Below the pieces are notes generated by a model. That model saw only the letters and a list, made by a program, of their open reading frames with translations. It had not been told where the DNA came from and ran no database searches. A stretch of 64,000 nt of DNA, taken from contig NC_086097.1 in assembly GCF_963921235.1 (NCBI RefSeq), positions 215,638,001 through 215,702,000 of the forward strand, given 5' to 3'. Shown here one piece after another: positions 62,905-64,000 of the stretch. A program made the position numbers and the translations under genes. This DNA is from Mobula hypostoma (lineage: Eukaryota). How positions within the stretch are numbered: position 1 is the stretch's first letter; every line of letters starts with the position of its first letter.

Positions 62905-63745
62905 ATAGAAACATAGAAACATAGAAAATAGGTGCAGGAGTAGGCCATTCGGCCCTTCGAGCCTGCACCGCCATTTATTATGATCATGGCTGATCATCCA
63001 ACTCAGAACCAACCCCAGCTTTCCCTCCATACCCCCTGACCCCTGTAGCCACAAAGGCCATATCTAACTCCCTCTTAAACATAGCCAATGAACTGGCCTC
63101 AACTGTTTCCTGTGGCAGAGAATTCCACAGATTCACCACTCTCTGTGTGAAGAAGTTTTTCCTAATCTCGGTCCTAAAAGGCTTCCCCTCTATCCTCAAA
63201 CTGTGACCCCTCGTTCTGAACTTCCCCAACATCGGGAACAATCTTCCTGCATCTAGCCTGTCCAATCCCTTTAGGATCTTATACGTTTCAATCAGATCCC
63301 CCCTCAATCTTCTAAATTCCAACGAGTACAAGCCCAGTTCATCCAGTCTTTCTTCATATGAAAGTCCTGCCATCCCAGGAATCAATCAGGTGAACCTTCT
63401 TTGTACTCCCTCTATGGCAAAGATGTCTTTCCTCAGATTAGGGGACCAAAACTGCACACAATACTCCAGGTGTGGTCTCACCAAGGCCTTGTACAACTGC
63501 AGTAGTACCTCTCTGCTCCTGTACTCGAATCCTCTCGCTATAAATGCCAGCATACCATTCGCCTTTTTCACGGCCTGCTGTACCTGCATGCCCACTTTCA
63601 ATGACGGGTGTATAATGACACCCAGGTCTCGTTGCACCTCCCCTTTTCCTAATCGGCTACCATTCAGATAATAATCTGTTTTCCTATTTTTGCCACCAAA
63701 GTGGATAACTTCACATTTATCCACATTAAATTGCATCTGCCATGA
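62905..63745 (-). mobile_element. Young 5'-truncated CR1 inserted in an older CR1
   Basis: (CATAGAAA)n tail. Reading frame 62984-63745 is broken only by one TGA at 63386-63388. 'agtttc' at both junctions. Confidence 0.92.
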
Positions 63746-64000
63746 GTTTCTTAACTTAACCCATAAGAATGCAACATCTTCTGATCCTGTTTCACATCTT
63801 TCTACTGATTTGATGCTTTTCTCTACAAGCAGAGCCTCGCCACCCCCTCTGCTAACCTTCCTATCCTTCCAATACAATGTGTAACCTTGGACTTTCAGCT
63901 CCCAACTACAACCATCCTTCAGCCACGATTCAGTGATGGCCACAACATCATACCTGACAATCTGTAATAGTGTAACAAGATCATCCACCTTATTTTTTAT
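63746..64000 (-). mobile_element. CR1 APE N-terminus (runs off the window)
   Basis: 'YDVVAITESWLKDG..GYTLYWKDRK'. Confidence 0.88.

Noticed and set aside
1..64000. CRISPR arrays, rRNA or prokaryotic systems
   Set aside because: No regularly spaced repeat-spacer array, rRNA-like sequence or operon structure; the content is vertebrate repeat DNA.

Overview
Repeat-dense vertebrate genomic DNA. The repeat repertoire (CR1 LINEs, Rex1/Babar-type LINEs, V-type and CORE-like tRNA SINEs, Penelope-derived fold-back elements) suggests a cartilaginous fish, probably a ray; this is an inference from repeat content. No host protein-coding gene can be supported. Every ORF with recognisable homology is a transposon fragment, so the window is probably intronic or intergenic. 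Most of it is nested mobile DNA: many CR1 copies, Rex1/Babar and RTE LINEs, two decayed Gypsy LTR retrotransposons (one with a chromodomain), solo LTRs, a Penelope element and a hAT DNA transposon with TIRs and an 8-bp TSD. The most interesting signal is a dispersed family of 100-230 bp Penelope-derived insertions. They are often fold-back, several have 11-15 bp TSDs, and they carry a minimal hammerhead-ribozyme motif near which their 5' ends and inversion points cluster. Islands of unique AT-rich sequence (about 1-800, 5.8-8.1 kb, 25.4-26.4 kb, 48.5-49.7 kb) look like candidate conserved non-coding elements, and two weak exon candidates are noted. Element boundaries were read by eye and are approximate unless a TSD or TIR is quoted. 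Family names come from motif recognition, not from database searches.
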